The notes under the pieces were generated by a model, which saw nothing but the letters and a program-made list of their open reading frames with translations, was not told the DNA's origin and made no database searches. Below are positions 1 through 13,183 of a DNA stretch of 64,000 nt, in pieces. The stretch comes from Eledone cirrhosa (Eukaryota). The stretch is from the NCBI GenBank assembly GCA_964016885.1, contig CAXHJY010001504.1, forward strand, positions 1 to 64,000, read 5' to 3'. The position numbers and the translations under genes are program-made. The stretch's first letter is position 1, and every line of letters starts with the position of its first letter.

Positions 1-64
1 TCTCTTTCTTTGAGCTATTTTGTTGTAAGAGACTATTTTGAGTTCCTAACTCAATATATACCCT

Positions 65-140
<76 letters not shown>

Positions 141-154
141 TTATATATATATAT

Positions 155-260
155 GCTGCTTTCACCCTTAACGGGATCTTCTGAGTTTCAGAAGATCCCG
201 TTAAGGGTGAAAGCAGCGATTCTTGGCTTAAACTTTAATCTGTTATTTTAATATATTTGT
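155..260 (+). mobile_element. Family A short PLE-like fragment with a 30-bp inverted arm (arms 155-184 / 188-217)
   Basis: Perfect 30-bp arms around a 3-nt spacer, flanked by (TA)n. The same sequence recurs on the - strand at about 9293-9367 and 59428-59483. Confidence 0.6.
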
Positions 261-329
261 ATATATATACACACACACACACACACACATATATATAGCA
301 AACATCACGGGCGCTCTATCTCAAAATTA

Positions 330-365
330 TTTTTGAAAAGCATTAGAAATGTGCAACCGGTAAAA
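330..365 (+). ncRNA. Degenerate hammerhead fold, diverged family B relative
   Basis: TTT-TTGAAAA-GCAT-TAGAA-ATGT-GCAA-CCGG-TA-AAA; preceded by CTCTATCTCAA, similar to family B; GAAA is changed to GCAA. Confidence 0.45.
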
Positions 366-553
366 CTTAAAACCAAAACTGAATACTAACCAATACTATT
401 ACTAATTTTTACTTATTCCTAATGAAACTATTTTTCACTGGGAACAATTTGTCAGCATTTTCTTTTCCGTTTACCAATATATATATAAAAAACAAATAAC
501 GAAACGAAATTAAATTTCGTTTCGTTTGTAACTCACTTTTGTATGACTGACGC

Positions 554-894
554 TTAAACAATTAAGTTAAAAATGTACATCTACATATGCATACTGAAAT
601 ACTAGTGTGTATATGAATACACACACGTATACATATGTAGGTGTACCAAGTCTTTCACTGGTCGCTTTACAGTGAGCGGCCCAGCTATTCGGGGAAGGTG
701 TTCCCCCGAAAAACCAGTATGACTCTAAAAACCGGTTTGTCTGTGTGTTTACATACAGAATAGCTGGGCCGCTCACTGTAAAGCGACCAGTGAAAGACTT
801 GGTACACCTACATATGTATACGTGTGTGTATTCATATACACACTAGTATTTCAGTATGCATATGTAGATGTACATTTTTAACTTAATTGTTTAA
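554..894. repeat. 137-bp inverted repeat (554-690 / 758-894)
   Basis: The arms read as reverse complements around a 67-nt spacer; the right arm runs into (TA)n. Confidence 0.9.
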
Positions 895-901
895 TATATA
901 T

Positions 902-934
<33 letters not shown>

Positions 935-935
<1 letters not shown>

Positions 936-1150
936 TATTAGAAAGTGACGTTTTTTTTACAAAATGAAAAATAACCGAGGTGTCCAACACGAGTGAAAGT
1001 ATAAAGAAAAAAAAGATGAAATCGAGAATGCAACTGGAGTCTTATTTTTAAAAAAATATATATATTTATTTGGTTCCTTTACCGGTTTCGCAGTTCTTCT
1101 GCTTTTCTGCTTTTCAAAAGTAGAGTTGAGATGGAGGGTCTGTGGTTTTT
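935..1150 (-). mobile_element. Family B PLE-like fragment with U3-A8 hammerhead (about 1076-1121)
   Basis: Reverse complement of the copies at 14098-14291, 18292-18496 and 56842-57047; has an 8-bp duplication in stem II; abuts (TA)n. Confidence 0.75.
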
Positions 1151-1154
1151 ACAT

Positions 1155-1326
1155 TGGAGGGTAGGCTGAAAAGCTCATAGGCTGACCAAATGAGGTTTAT
1201 TTTTCAACATAGTCTCTGAGAAAAAACAATGCAGTTACCAATAAGAAGAGTAGAAATTAATGCATGCAAGATTTCACAGCTCTAGCATCACTCCTTCATA
1301 ATCATGAACTATTCAGTCGACATTCG
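1155..1326 (+). mobile_element. Mariner-like terminal fragment; empty-site paralog of 5100-5460
   Basis: Begins GGAGGGTAGGCTGAAAAGCTCATAGG, resembling mariner TIRs. Aligns to 5101-5177 plus 5386-5460. Confidence 0.5.
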
Positions 1327-1340
1327 TACATACATATGCG

Positions 1341-1432
<92 letters not shown>

Positions 1433-1439
1433 TATATAC

Positions 1440-1608
<169 letters not shown>

Positions 1609-1777
1609 AGATGTATATATGTATGACTAAAAATAGAGAGATTTATAGCTGTAGTCTAGTAGCTACAACTAATGAAAGAATATATATATATATATATGTG
1701 TGTGTGTTTGTGTCTGTGTGTGTATCTGTGCATGTGTGCGTATGTTTGTGTGAGTGTGGATTGTGTCTGTGTGTGTA

Positions 1778-1818
<41 letters not shown>

Positions 1819-2479
1819 CTGTATGTGTGTGTGAGTATCTGTGTGTGTGTGAGTGTGGATGGGATGTTACTAATTTTGACCAGTAAAACCATTATTCACC
1901 TTAGAACTCTATACTTAAAGAAAGTAGAGTCTTGATATTATTATAGGGTTTCTTTGCCCTACGGTTAAGTTTATACCTTTTCGATAGCAAATGATTAATC
2001 TGTTCCATTTAATTTCATTCAATTTTATCTCTTCGGGGCTGAGGCTATAATTTGATTGACAGGTAAAGGGTGGGAACTGAGAAAGCAGAGGGAACATCTA
2101 TGATGAAACCAAAGTAAGATCTGAGATAAAAACAATGATCAGAAATTTAAATTCAAAATACCTGACAAGAATGAACTGGAAATGTTACTGTCAGAGGTCA
2201 TAAAATAGTGTCGTTTGACCCTATCGATCAGATTAAAGAACTTTGTTGGTAGTGTGACTTTACCACGAAATTTTGAACACCACACGTAACACCAAGTCTC
2301 CCTAAGTAAGCAACACTGAGACTCCAGGATTCTGAACCATATAGTAAGAGGTCGCTAGAGGTTCTGCTAGAAACAGTGCTAAATAACCAAATGTATTTTT
2401 GAGTCATTTTTGTTTAATTTTGTATTCGTAATTTTACTAAACACGTACGACATGTTGTTAGAAAACCATAGGTTATTAT

Positions 2480-2575
2480 AATTGTTTCTACTTTTGGCAC
2501 AAGGCCAGCAGTTACTCCAGTACATTACTGGTGCTTTATTTTAACAACCCCTTAAGGACGAAAGGCAAAGATTAA
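2480..2575 (-). mobile_element. SINE family 1, 3' fragment
   Basis: TTGTTTCTACTTTTGGCACAAGGCCAGCA...GACGAAAGGCAAAG matches the reverse complement of the SINE tail. Confidence 0.75.
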
Positions 2576-2615
2576 TTATTGCACTATAATCAACTATATA
2601 CATACACACACACAC

Positions 2616-2671
<56 letters not shown>

Positions 2672-3346
2672 CAGCTGCAATTCGAAATGAGGAACATAGA
2701 AGCTGTATCGTAAAAGATTCACGACGCCTCAGATTCCTTTCGTCGCTGTAATCCCAGTGGAGTCGTAGGGTCGCCACAGTGGCATACAAACGTAGAGGAG
2801 TCCACCCCTCTCCAGAATCAGGCTCACTACTCCGTCCACCGCCATCACATGCAATAGTAATTGCCTCTGACAGATCTATTTAGCCACAATGGCCTTTCTC
2901 ACACCCCTCACTTTACAACGATCATCATAACAACGCCATTCTACTTCCCAACCTTACCCCGATTCCCATCTCCACCCTCCCTTCGTCTCTTTTATATTCA
3001 CTACACAACCCTACACCTTTCTCCTCCTATCTTCCACTCACTTTCACCTGTCTACCTAATTACCAATGTACCAACCTACCTATTTAGCTAGTTAGTTACC
3101 TACCTACTTAACTAACAGTTGGTATATACCTATTTCCCTTCCCTAGTCCCAGAAGCCATCGCTTTCTTGTATTCTCGCTTCATTGCTTTCCACTCCGTGA
3201 AACACCTCGTTTCCTTCACAACCTCTGCCAATGACAATAACTACAATAATAATTATTATTTCTTACATAGTTACATGTTTCGGCGGGGATATTTTGGTGG
3301 GGTTGGTGGTGTGGGTATAGAAAACAGTCAACTCTATTGATACCAG

Positions 3347-3347
<1 letters not shown>

Positions 3348-3386
<39 letters not shown>

Positions 3387-3484
3387 TTATACACATTCAG
3401 ACACACACAAACACGCATTCACAAACACGCATTCACACACACACACACACACACTGTTACACATATTCACACACATACACAAAC

Positions 3485-3552
<68 letters not shown>

Positions 3553-3716
3553 TCACAAACACGCATTCACACACACACACTGTTACACATATTCACACAC
3601 ATACACAAACACGCATTAACACACACACACACATTCATAAATACGCATTCACACACACACACACACACATACATTCACAAACACGCATTCACACACACAC
3701 ACACACACATTCACAA

Positions 3717-3749
<33 letters not shown>

Positions 3750-4130
3750 AACACAATTTCATAAGCACGTATTCAAACACACATTCACAAACACGCAAAC
3801 ACACACACACGCACATACACATTCACAAACACGTATTCACACACACACACACACACACTGCCACACACGTTCAGACAAGCACATTCACAAACAAGCATCC
3901 AAACACACATATACTCTCACGCGAAATAAACACTCGCATACACACACACACTTGCATACACATTCACACACATTCAACCATGCACACACATTAATGCACA
4001 TACACATACACATATCTTAAAACATTCACCTTATCGACCTTCACCTCCAATACAGCAGCAGCAGCAGCAGCAGCAGTAGCAGCAGCAGTAGTAGTAGTAG
4101 TAGTAGTGGTAGTAGTACTAGTAGTAGTAT

Positions 4131-4180
<50 letters not shown>

Positions 4181-4229
4181 AGAGTATTAATAGTAGTAGT
4201 AGTAGTAACAGTAGTAGTAGTTGTAGAAA

Positions 4230-4264
<35 letters not shown>

Positions 4265-4265
4265 A
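3348..4265. repeat. Compound (CA)n/CACATT array followed by (GCA)n and (GTA)n
   Basis: Visible directly in the sequence. Confidence 0.9.
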
Positions 4266-4490
4266 GTGGAATACTGGTGTATGACTGGTACTTTATTTCA
4301 TCGATTCTAAGGTATTTTCCCCTTCTTTTGTATTCGATCACTATCGATTCCGACCACGAGTGTTCCAGCTCGTGTAGTTAACGTGCTAGTGCCTGAGCAT
4401 TCCACATAACATTTATCTTTAATGTAAATCTCAGGGAGATTCAGCGTGACAAAGTGTGGGACAAAGTTGACTCTTTGAAATATAGTCACC

Positions 4491-4896
4491 AAGTACCGGT
4501 CGCTGTCCGACAGGTTCGCGGTCGTGCCCTTGGCAGTGGAGACTTCTGGCTGGTGTCCTTGGCCCTAGGGCTACCTCCCTACTCACCACCGTAGGCGCTA
4601 AGCTGGTCAGGCGCAGGTGTGAGCCTCGCGAGTTGGAATGGCTCTTTCAACACATCTCCCTTACAATCCTCCGGGGAAACGCCTTCTCCATTCTGTCTGT
4701 CCGCCGGAGCTGTGTGTGTCCCCGGGGGGGGGGGGGGGGGGCACAGCACGTGGGACCCTATTTGCTCACCATTCGGAGAAATGGGGAGGGCGAGAGGGTT
4801 GGAGGCGATGACGATGGGAGTTCGGCTGTTCTTTCACGTTTACTAAGGTTACTATATAATAAATAAATATATAAAATTATCAATAAATAAATAAAG
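4491..4896 (+). mobile_element. 3' end of a CRE-clade non-LTR retrotransposon (restriction-like endonuclease C-terminus plus 3' UTR)
   Basis: After removing one 4-bp CTGG duplication it translates as KYRSLSDRFAVVPLAVETSGVLGPRATSLLTTVGAKLVRRRCEPRELEWLFQHISLTILRGNAFSILS. This matches the CRE KY..P.AVET.G..G...FQR.S..I.RGNA.SIL motif. A-rich tail; second copy at 29447-29910. Confidence 0.8.
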
Positions 4897-4934
4897 TATC
4901 AATATATATATAAAAATGTCACCGTCCATCGGAC

Positions 4935-5068
4935 GGGCTTCCATACATTTTCCGTCTACACAATTTTACTCACAATGCTGTGGGTCTACCAGAGGCTATG
5001 ATAAATGGCACTTCACCAAGATGATACGCATTGGGGTCGAAACCTTGACCTAATGATTACGAAACGAC
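4935..5068 (-). mobile_element. Decayed tRNA/CORE-type SINE (family 2)
   Basis: GGCACTTCACCAAGATG...GGGGTCGAAACC resembles a reversed CORE block plus B-box; a weaker relative lies at about 9925-9980. Confidence 0.45.
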
Positions 5069-5177
5069 CAAGATAGGTTGACAAGACACTCTCATGGAAT
5101 GACTAAATGAGGTTTATATTTCAACATAATCCCCGGAAAGAAACAATGCAGTTATTAATAAGTAGAGTTGAAATTTA

Positions 5178-5385
5178 TCCTTTAGCATTTAAACTGGCCA
5201 TATCTGTCCAGAATTCTCTGACATCTTTCTGTTCAAACCAGCTGTAACTGGCTACACATACTGATCTTAAGGTATTTTTCTCAAAATAAATAATATAAAA
5301 ATCTCATAGAGTTAATATTATGTGAGATAAAGCCTTTACTGCGAAAATACAATAGTAAATATAGAGTAATGTAAATGGTAAAGGG
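5178..5385. mobile_element. piggyBac-like MITE (208 bp) at a TTAA site
   Basis: Ends TCCTTTAGCATTTA / TAAATGGTAAAGGG; flanks TTTA / TTAA. The paralogous sequence at about 1250-1266 has a single TTAA. Confidence 0.75.
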
Positions 5386-5649
5386 TTAATGCATGCACGA
5401 TTTCACAGCTCTAACATCACACATTCATAGTCAGCCTGTGAACTCTTCAGCCGACATTCGGCAATGCTGTGTCCACCGAGAAATCTAAGTAGCCAATCAC
5501 TGATCAGTTAGGCAACAATCGTGACCCCGTGATGTTCCAAGAAGAGCCCCCACACACCTGAAGGACGGACAGAAAGAAGTACAAAATAAAACTGATTAAC
5601 TTAAACACTCTTAGTTTTGCCTCACTCTCCCATCTACTTACTTTAAAAT

Positions 5650-6140
5650 CTCCCCCCCCCCCTCTCCTCCTTCCCTCTTCCTGCGCCGCCCCCTCCTCCT
5701 ACCCTCCGCATCTTCCCCATCTTCCCCATCTTCCTCCTACCCTCTTCCTCCGCCGCCCCCTCCTCATCTTCCACCTCTTCCTCCTTCCCTCTTCCTCCGC
5801 CGCCCCCTCCGCATCTTCCCCATCTTCTTCCTCTTCCTCCTTCTCTCTTCCTGCGCCGCCCTCTTCTCATCTTCCCCATTTTGCCCATCTTCCTCCTTCC
5901 CTCTTCCTGCGCCGCCCCCCTCCTCATCTTCCCCATCTTCCTCCTTCCTCATCTGCCTCCGCCACCCCCTCCTCCTCTTTTCCATCTTCCCCATCATCTT
6001 CCTCCTTCCCTCTTCCTCCGCCGCCTCCCTCCTCATCTTCCCCATCATCTTCCTCATCTTCCTCCTTCCCTCTTCCTGCGCCGCCCCCTCCCCATCTTCC
6101 CCATCTTCCTCCTCTTCCTCCTTCCCCTCCTTCTCCTCTT
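5650..6140. repeat. Pyrimidine-rich degenerate minisatellite (CCTCTTCCTGCGCCGCCCC / CATCTTCCC units)
   Basis: Visible directly in the sequence. Confidence 0.85.
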
Positions 6141-6419
6141 TCAGTCTATGTATATGCTTGTGTTTGTTTGTGTGTTTGTGTGTTTGTGTGAGCGGGCAAC
6201 AAGCAACCTTTTGTTTTTTCTCGGGTAATTTCACCCGGGTGATGAGACAGGCGTTGACAGTAGAGATTTAACCACTGACGCCAGACACTCAGAGTCATTA
6301 TTATCGCGCCAAGCACACATATACCCATCTAGTTGTTCACCCATCCTCCCATGTATTCACCCCCCCCATTCCAACCCATCCATCCATCCAACCACCCAGC
6401 CAGCCACCCAAGTGGGTGA

Positions 6420-7160
6420 TCGGCAGGCAGTATCGTTAGAGGGTCTGACGCCATGCTTTGCAGCAAAGAGTTACGGCCCTTTATGATCTGAGTTCAAATC
6501 CCGCCGAGTTTAACTGTGCCTTTCATCCTTACGGGGTCGATAAAATAAAGTACCAGTAATGTACTGAGATAATTGCTGGCCTTGTGTCAAAAGTAGAAAC
6601 AATTATTATATTGGTAGAGGGTCGGGCGCCATGCTTTGACGCATAGAGTTACGGCCCTTGCCATTCTGAGTTCAAATCCCACCGAGGTTAACTTTGCCTT
6701 TCATCCTTACGGGGTCGATAAAATAAAGTACCAGTAATGCACTGGTGTCGATTTAATCGAGCTTTCCCTCCCCAAATTGCTGGCCTTGTGCCTATATAAG
6801 AAACCATTATTATAAATAAATAAATAAAGAAAGAAATAAAGAAACCATTATTATTATGATTGCTAAGAGCGATGGATTGGCAGTATCGGTAGAGCGTCGG
6901 ACAACATGCTTCGCGGCATAGAGTTACGACCCTTTACGCTCTGAGTTCAAATTCCGCCGAGGTTTGCTTTGCATTTCATCCTTACGGAGTCGATAAAAAT
7001 AGCACCAGTAATGCACTGGCGTCGATTTAATCGACTTACCCCCCGCTTCAAATTGCTGGCCTTATGTCTAAGGTAGAAACAATTATTGTTATTAAGTACC
7101 AGTAATGCACTGGGATAATTGCTGGCCTTGTACCAAAAGTAAAGTAGAAACAATTATTCT
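6420..7160 (+). mobile_element. Three head-to-tail copies plus a tail fragment of tRNA-derived Nin/Deu-domain SINE (family 1)
   Basis: A-box TGGCAGTATCGG, B-box GAGTTCAAATCC, core GCCTTTCATCCTTACGGGGTCGATAAAATAAAGTACCAG, (ATT)n tails. Confidence 0.9.
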
Positions 7161-7549
7161 TGGTCGTCGGCAAGAGGAGACGTGTTTTTTGAAGCTCGGT
7201 GAGTTACTGAATTTGAGTTGTTTTTTTAAACTTGTATTGGTTATATTTTTGCTAAGGGGTCGCAAGACTTTGTTCTGTGTCCCGTAAATGTGAGACTTTA
7301 TGATATTTGGGCCAAAAGGCCCAAATATTTGATGTTTGTATATTTTTGCCGTAAAATGAAACAAAAAACAAAATGGACGAGCCACGCTGCCCCAATATTA
7401 AGTCTGCCTTCTCGTGACAACGAGAGGAAAAAGATAGACACAATTACAACTACAAACATAGCATACAAAGAAATGAATTTAGCAATACCCCCTTGTATAT
7501 ATTTGTGTATACACATATATATGTATATACATATACAACATAGCATGTA

Positions 7550-7613
<64 letters not shown>

Positions 7614-7615
<2 letters not shown>

Positions 7616-7800
7616 GAAGGCGTGTGGCTGAGAATTGGATTCACAATCTTCAGGTTGAGAGTTCGATTCCTGGACCGGGCGATGCGTTATGTCCTTGAGC
7701 AAGACACTTTATTTCACGTTGCTCCTTTTACCTGGAGTTGCAACCGATAGATAGTATTAGCAACTGGAAAGACCAACGGAAACATTGTTTCCTCGGGGTC
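7614..7800 (+). mobile_element. tRNA-derived SINE (family 3)
   Basis: GGCGTGTGGCT start, B-box GAGTTCGATTCC, then a GTCCTTGAGCAAGACACTT body. Confidence 0.6.
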
Positions 7801-7935
7801 CGATTTGACGAAAGTCAATCAATCCTTTATATATATATACAACATATGTTGTATACTACATCCTCTTTGTTATATATATACAACATGCTTTGTTGTATAC
7901 CACATCCTCTTTGTTTTATATATATATATAACAAA

Positions 7936-8051
7936 GAGGGTGTGGTAAGATATCAGGTGGACCATAACGCACCAGAATACTCAATACTTAGGGTAGTAGA
8001 GTCGGATCGAAACGGCCGGAGTTTAGCTGTCGGGGTCGTGACTCTTTTCCC
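7936..8051. mobile_element. Family E PLE-like fragment (inverted tail piece plus forward arm)
   Basis: Homologous to 18145-18262, 21368-21560 and 63298-63525. Confidence 0.7.
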
Positions 8052-8151
8052 ATATATATACAACATACCATATATACAACATACCATGTTGTCCGACGCC
8101 CATCCGATACTGCCAATCCCCTACCTAAGTATAGTATAATATAATATAATA

Positions 8152-8252
8152 TAATTGTTTCTACTTTTGGCCCAAGGCCAGCAATTACCACAGTGCATTA
8201 CTGGTACTTTATTTTATCGACCGACCCCGGTAAAGACGAAAGGCAAAGTTAA
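8152..8252 (-). mobile_element. SINE family 1, 3' half
   Basis: Reverse complement of the core and tail. Confidence 0.8.
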
Positions 8253-8302
8253 TAGATATTGATGTTGTCGAATGTTAAAAATAAATATGCCGTCTAAATA
8301 AT

Positions 8303-8540
8303 TTCTTCTTCTTCTTCTTCTTCTTCTTCTTCTTCTTCTTCTTCTCCTTCTTCTTCTTCTTCTCCTTCTTCGCCCATTTGCTCCCGAGGGGGTCACGCTG
8401 GGTCGTGGGGGAGGGACAGAGTCATCAAACACTCCTTCCAGCAGGTCCTGTCAGAAGCAACCGTCTCCAATTGATCCGGCATGGATTTTGTCCTACCATC
8501 TTGTTAAGTCTTTCCCTCCAATATCTAAAGAGTTCTCTCT
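8303..8540 (-). mobile_element. 3' end of an RTE-like LINE with a (GAA)n tail
   Basis: The minus strand gives RW*DKI and LETVASDRTCWKECL, resembling the RTE C-terminal RWxD...AxDRxxW motifs, followed by a short UTR and (GAA)n. Confidence 0.5.
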
Positions 8541-8844
8541 AAAACAAATATATCATTTCTTGAATTATTGAGCGTATAAGGACTTACTTCAAATAATTCA
8601 ACTTGAGAAGTCTTTGTGCAAATGTAACTTCGACGATAAATTACCTAGTCGTTCAAACTCACTAGAGTACTCAACACTTGGGATAGTAGAGCACGGTTAT
8701 ATGAAAGAGTCGGGACCCCGACATACATACATACATAAATACATACATACATAAATACATACATACATATATAGAAATATACAAGGGTAAGAACACTCAG
8801 TATATAGGACGAGTTTGGTATAAATAGTTATAACAGTGACATAA

Positions 8845-8894
8845 ACAGGTACTTAAGTTTTGTTGGGTTCTGGACCCCAACTCATTCAGCCTGT
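8845..8894 (-). ncRNA. Degenerate minimal type I hammerhead
   Basis: ACAGG-CTGAATGA-GTTGGG..CCCAAC-AAAA-CTTAAG-TA-CCTGT; one extra core nucleotide and G12>A. Confidence 0.5.
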
Positions 8895-8996
8895 CATCAG
8901 GGGAACGGACATTCGCTTCAAAATAATCATGTTTGTCCGTTCCCTTGTCACTTCAATTTAAGATTACCTCCTGATTGTAAACTTATTATGTAAGAA

Positions 8997-9074
8997 GCTG
9001 TCTGATGAGATCACGGCACTGGGTACTACGTGGAATCGCGTGGCCACTGTCGTCATCGAAATATGTATCACAGC
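8997..9074 (+). ncRNA. Type I hammerhead ribozyme with a long stem II
   Basis: GCTGT-CTGATGA-[GATCACGGCA...TGTCGTCATC]-GAAA-TATGTA-TC-ACAGC. Confidence 0.8.
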
Positions 9075-9494
9075 CTTATCATAAAAGACTTTAACATATA
9101 AACTACTTTGTATTTCATTATTCTAAAAATACTCTGTCATTCCTATGTGGATAAATGTACATTGAGTCCTCGAATTGAATTACATCAATGTTTACCGTAT
9201 ATATATATAGTAATATTAATAAATTCGAAGCCTAAAATCCAAAGAGGGCTCGATAAGGATAAATATATATCAAATATATAAGAACCGTAGAGCAAATATT
9301 TATTAAAATAACAGATTAAAGTTTAAGCAAAGAATCGCTGCTTTCACCCTTAACGGGATCTTCTGAAACTAACAAAGTCAATCTGTGAACGCAGAAGTGA
9401 ATATTTCAAAAAACGTTGCAACCGGAGGAAGAAAGGAAGACGATACTTTGGTATCCAATAAACGTAATGAAGGAATAAGCACTCGTCCTTGTTT

Positions 9495-9565
<71 letters not shown>

Positions 9566-9568
9566 TAC

Positions 9569-9599
<31 letters not shown>

Positions 9600-9635
9600 G
9601 TTGAAAATTGCAAACTTGACTGTCACCACAGAATA

Positions 9636-9674
9636 TGAACCTGAAGATTGCGAAAGCATGAAAGTACTTGTTCA
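9636..9674 (+). ncRNA. Minimal type I hammerhead ribozyme
   Basis: TGAAC-CTGAAGA-T-TGC-GAAA-GCA-T-GAAA-GTAC-TT-GTTCA; palindromic stem III AAGTACTT. Confidence 0.8.
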
Positions 9675-9787
9675 ATTAACACTTAACATTTAATATTCAA
9701 CCATACTATTTCATTCTAACACCATTATAATGTTAAAGGATTGTAAATAAAACGAGTAAATCAGACAAAGTTGGATTCCTTTTATTA

Positions 9788-9875
<88 letters not shown>

Positions 9876-10928
9876 GTGTCAGAGACCAAACTTATTTACG
9901 TCTCAGCCGCCCTGTCAAAAGCTGTGGGTAAAAGACACATACTCGTGATGTGATGCAGTGGGATTGATCCGGCACTTTATGTGGAGTTCTTGATTATCTA
10001 ACCATATCTACAAAACATTATACAATTATACACACACAAACGCATACCCCCCTCACACACACAAGCTAAAGCACACACAAACACTACACACGAGCACACA
10101 CACAAACATACATACGTACACATACACATACACATACACACATACACAAACAAACACACGGACACACACAAGCACACACATGCAGACACAAACACACATA
10201 CAGACACAAACTAAAGCACATGAACGCACACAACCACACACAAACACGCATAAACATACACACTTACACAATCACACAAACACCACAGACACGTACACAT
10301 ACATACACACTCACAAAACGCACCACACACAGACAAACAAACACACATACATCAACACATTCAACACCTGAGATTTCATTTCATAACATACTACACCTCA
10401 CCACACCACACCACACCACACCACACCACACTACACCGCACCACGCTACACAGCACCGTCCCCCATCGCTCCCTCCGTCACCGCCAGTCTCCATTCACCT
10501 TGAACAACAAACATCAATACTATATTATACATCCTGCCAAAATGCCAACACCTGAAACCCCTCCCCCACCACATACATACACACACACACACATACACGC
10601 ACTCGCACGCACACACACACACACACACAACGGCATATTACACATGTACACGTACATATGCACATACACATATGCACGTGTGCATGAAGCTTTTGTAAAG
10701 GTATATCAATATATATGCGTACACATGTATGTTTGAATGTATGTATGTATGTATGTATGTATGTATGTATGTATGTATGTTTGTATGTATGTATGTATGT
10801 ATGTATGTATGTATGTATGTATGTATGTATTTATGTATGTATTTGTGTTTGAATATATACATGCGGGTGGTACTGAATATATATTGATATATGCATATAT
10901 ATATATAAATATAATATATATATATATA

Positions 10929-10988
<60 letters not shown>

Positions 10989-10996
10989 CTATATAT

Positions 10997-11032
<36 letters not shown>

Positions 11033-11033
11033 C

Positions 11034-11082
<49 letters not shown>

Positions 11083-11205
11083 CTATATATATACTATATA
11101 TACTATATATACATACATATATATATGTGTGTATATTTATATATATATATATGTATGTATATATATGTGTATATATATATGTATGTATATATATATGTAT
11201 GTATA

Positions 11206-11281
<76 letters not shown>

Positions 11282-11374
11282 TGTATATATGTATGTATAT
11301 GTATATATATATATGTATATTTATATGTATATATATATATATGTATTTATATATATATATGCATATATATATGT

Positions 11375-11443
<69 letters not shown>

Positions 11444-11456
11444 TATATATATATAA

Positions 11457-11487
<31 letters not shown>

Positions 11488-11488
11488 A

Positions 11489-11533
<45 letters not shown>

Positions 11534-11826
11534 AATTTCTACTTTCTCTGGTTGTCGATGTGTTGTCAAACAGTCTCCGAACACGTTCTGTGTTGACGTG
11601 TTTGAAACCATTAGGGAGACGGTGGTGGGGAAAGGCAGCGTATCGATGATGTTACTAGATCGATATTTCCCGTGGGAGAGCAGCATTGGTGGTGGTGTTG
11701 GTGGTTTTTGTGGCATCAGCGGTTGTGTTCTGGGTGGTGTGTATGGTGTTGTTTGTGGTAGTTCTGGTGGTGTCGTTGTTGATGATGTATACAAATCTCT
11801 CACACTCTCTCTCTTTCTCTCACTCG

Positions 11827-11866
<40 letters not shown>

Positions 11867-11867
11867 G

Positions 11868-12040
<173 letters not shown>

Positions 12041-12043
12041 ATG

Positions 12044-12093
<50 letters not shown>

Positions 12094-12104
12094 TATAATA
12101 TATA

Positions 12105-12161
<57 letters not shown>

Positions 12162-12265
12162 TATATATAAACACACAAACTTTCACACACTCACACACAT
12201 ATATATATATACATAAATATATACATAAATAAATATATAAATATAAATATATATATATAAATATA

Positions 12266-12292
<27 letters not shown>

Positions 12293-12296
<4 letters not shown>

Positions 12297-12644
12297 TGTT
12301 ATACTTTGGGAGGGTCATGTTGCCAATAAGAAACACAAACACCAGTTGCTTTCACTTCAATTTATTATAATAAATTTATAAATTTAGGAATTTATAAATT
12401 TCTGGTTGGTTGGTTGGTTCCACAACCAGATAGTTGTTTATATATTGTCAAAGTTCTTTCGTCACACATTCTGTGACCTCTTCAGTGACTGGGGATTCTT
12501 TTCTTTGTTTTTGTGCCTCTCCTTTGTTCTGTCCTACGCCATTTTGTTTCAAAATGGCGTAATTTATTATAATGAATTGAAGTGAAAGCAACTGGTGCGT
12601 GTGTTTCTTATTGGCAACATGACCCTCCCAAAGTATAACAATAT
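12293..12644. repeat. 84-bp inverted repeat (12293-12376 / 12561-12644) embedded in (TA)n
   Basis: The arms are near-perfect reverse complements; the spacer contains a hammerhead. Confidence 0.85.
12447..12489 (-). ncRNA. Minimal type I hammerhead ribozyme
   Basis: Minus strand GTCA-CTGAAGA-G-GTCACA-GAATG-TGTGAC-GAAA-GAAC-TT-TGAC. Confidence 0.75.
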
Positions 12645-12698
12645 CGGTTTCAACACACGATTTCAGATAAAGAATCTTGCTAAACAAATTCAGAAACG

Positions 12699-12786
<88 letters not shown>

Positions 12787-12818
12787 AATACATATACATA
12801 AATATAAATATATATACA

Positions 12819-12859
<41 letters not shown>

Positions 12860-12954
12860 GCATATATATATATGCATATACGCATATATATATAAACTTA
12901 AACATATATATATATATATATATATACGTATATATATATATATATATACGCATA

Positions 12955-12994
<40 letters not shown>

Positions 12995-13025
12995 CGCATA
13001 TACATATATACATATATATATATAA

Positions 13026-13183
<158 letters not shown>

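Noticed and set aside
6420-7090. A-box/B-box sequences as tRNA genes
   Set aside because: No cloverleaf, over-long A-B spacing, and all continue into a shared SINE body.
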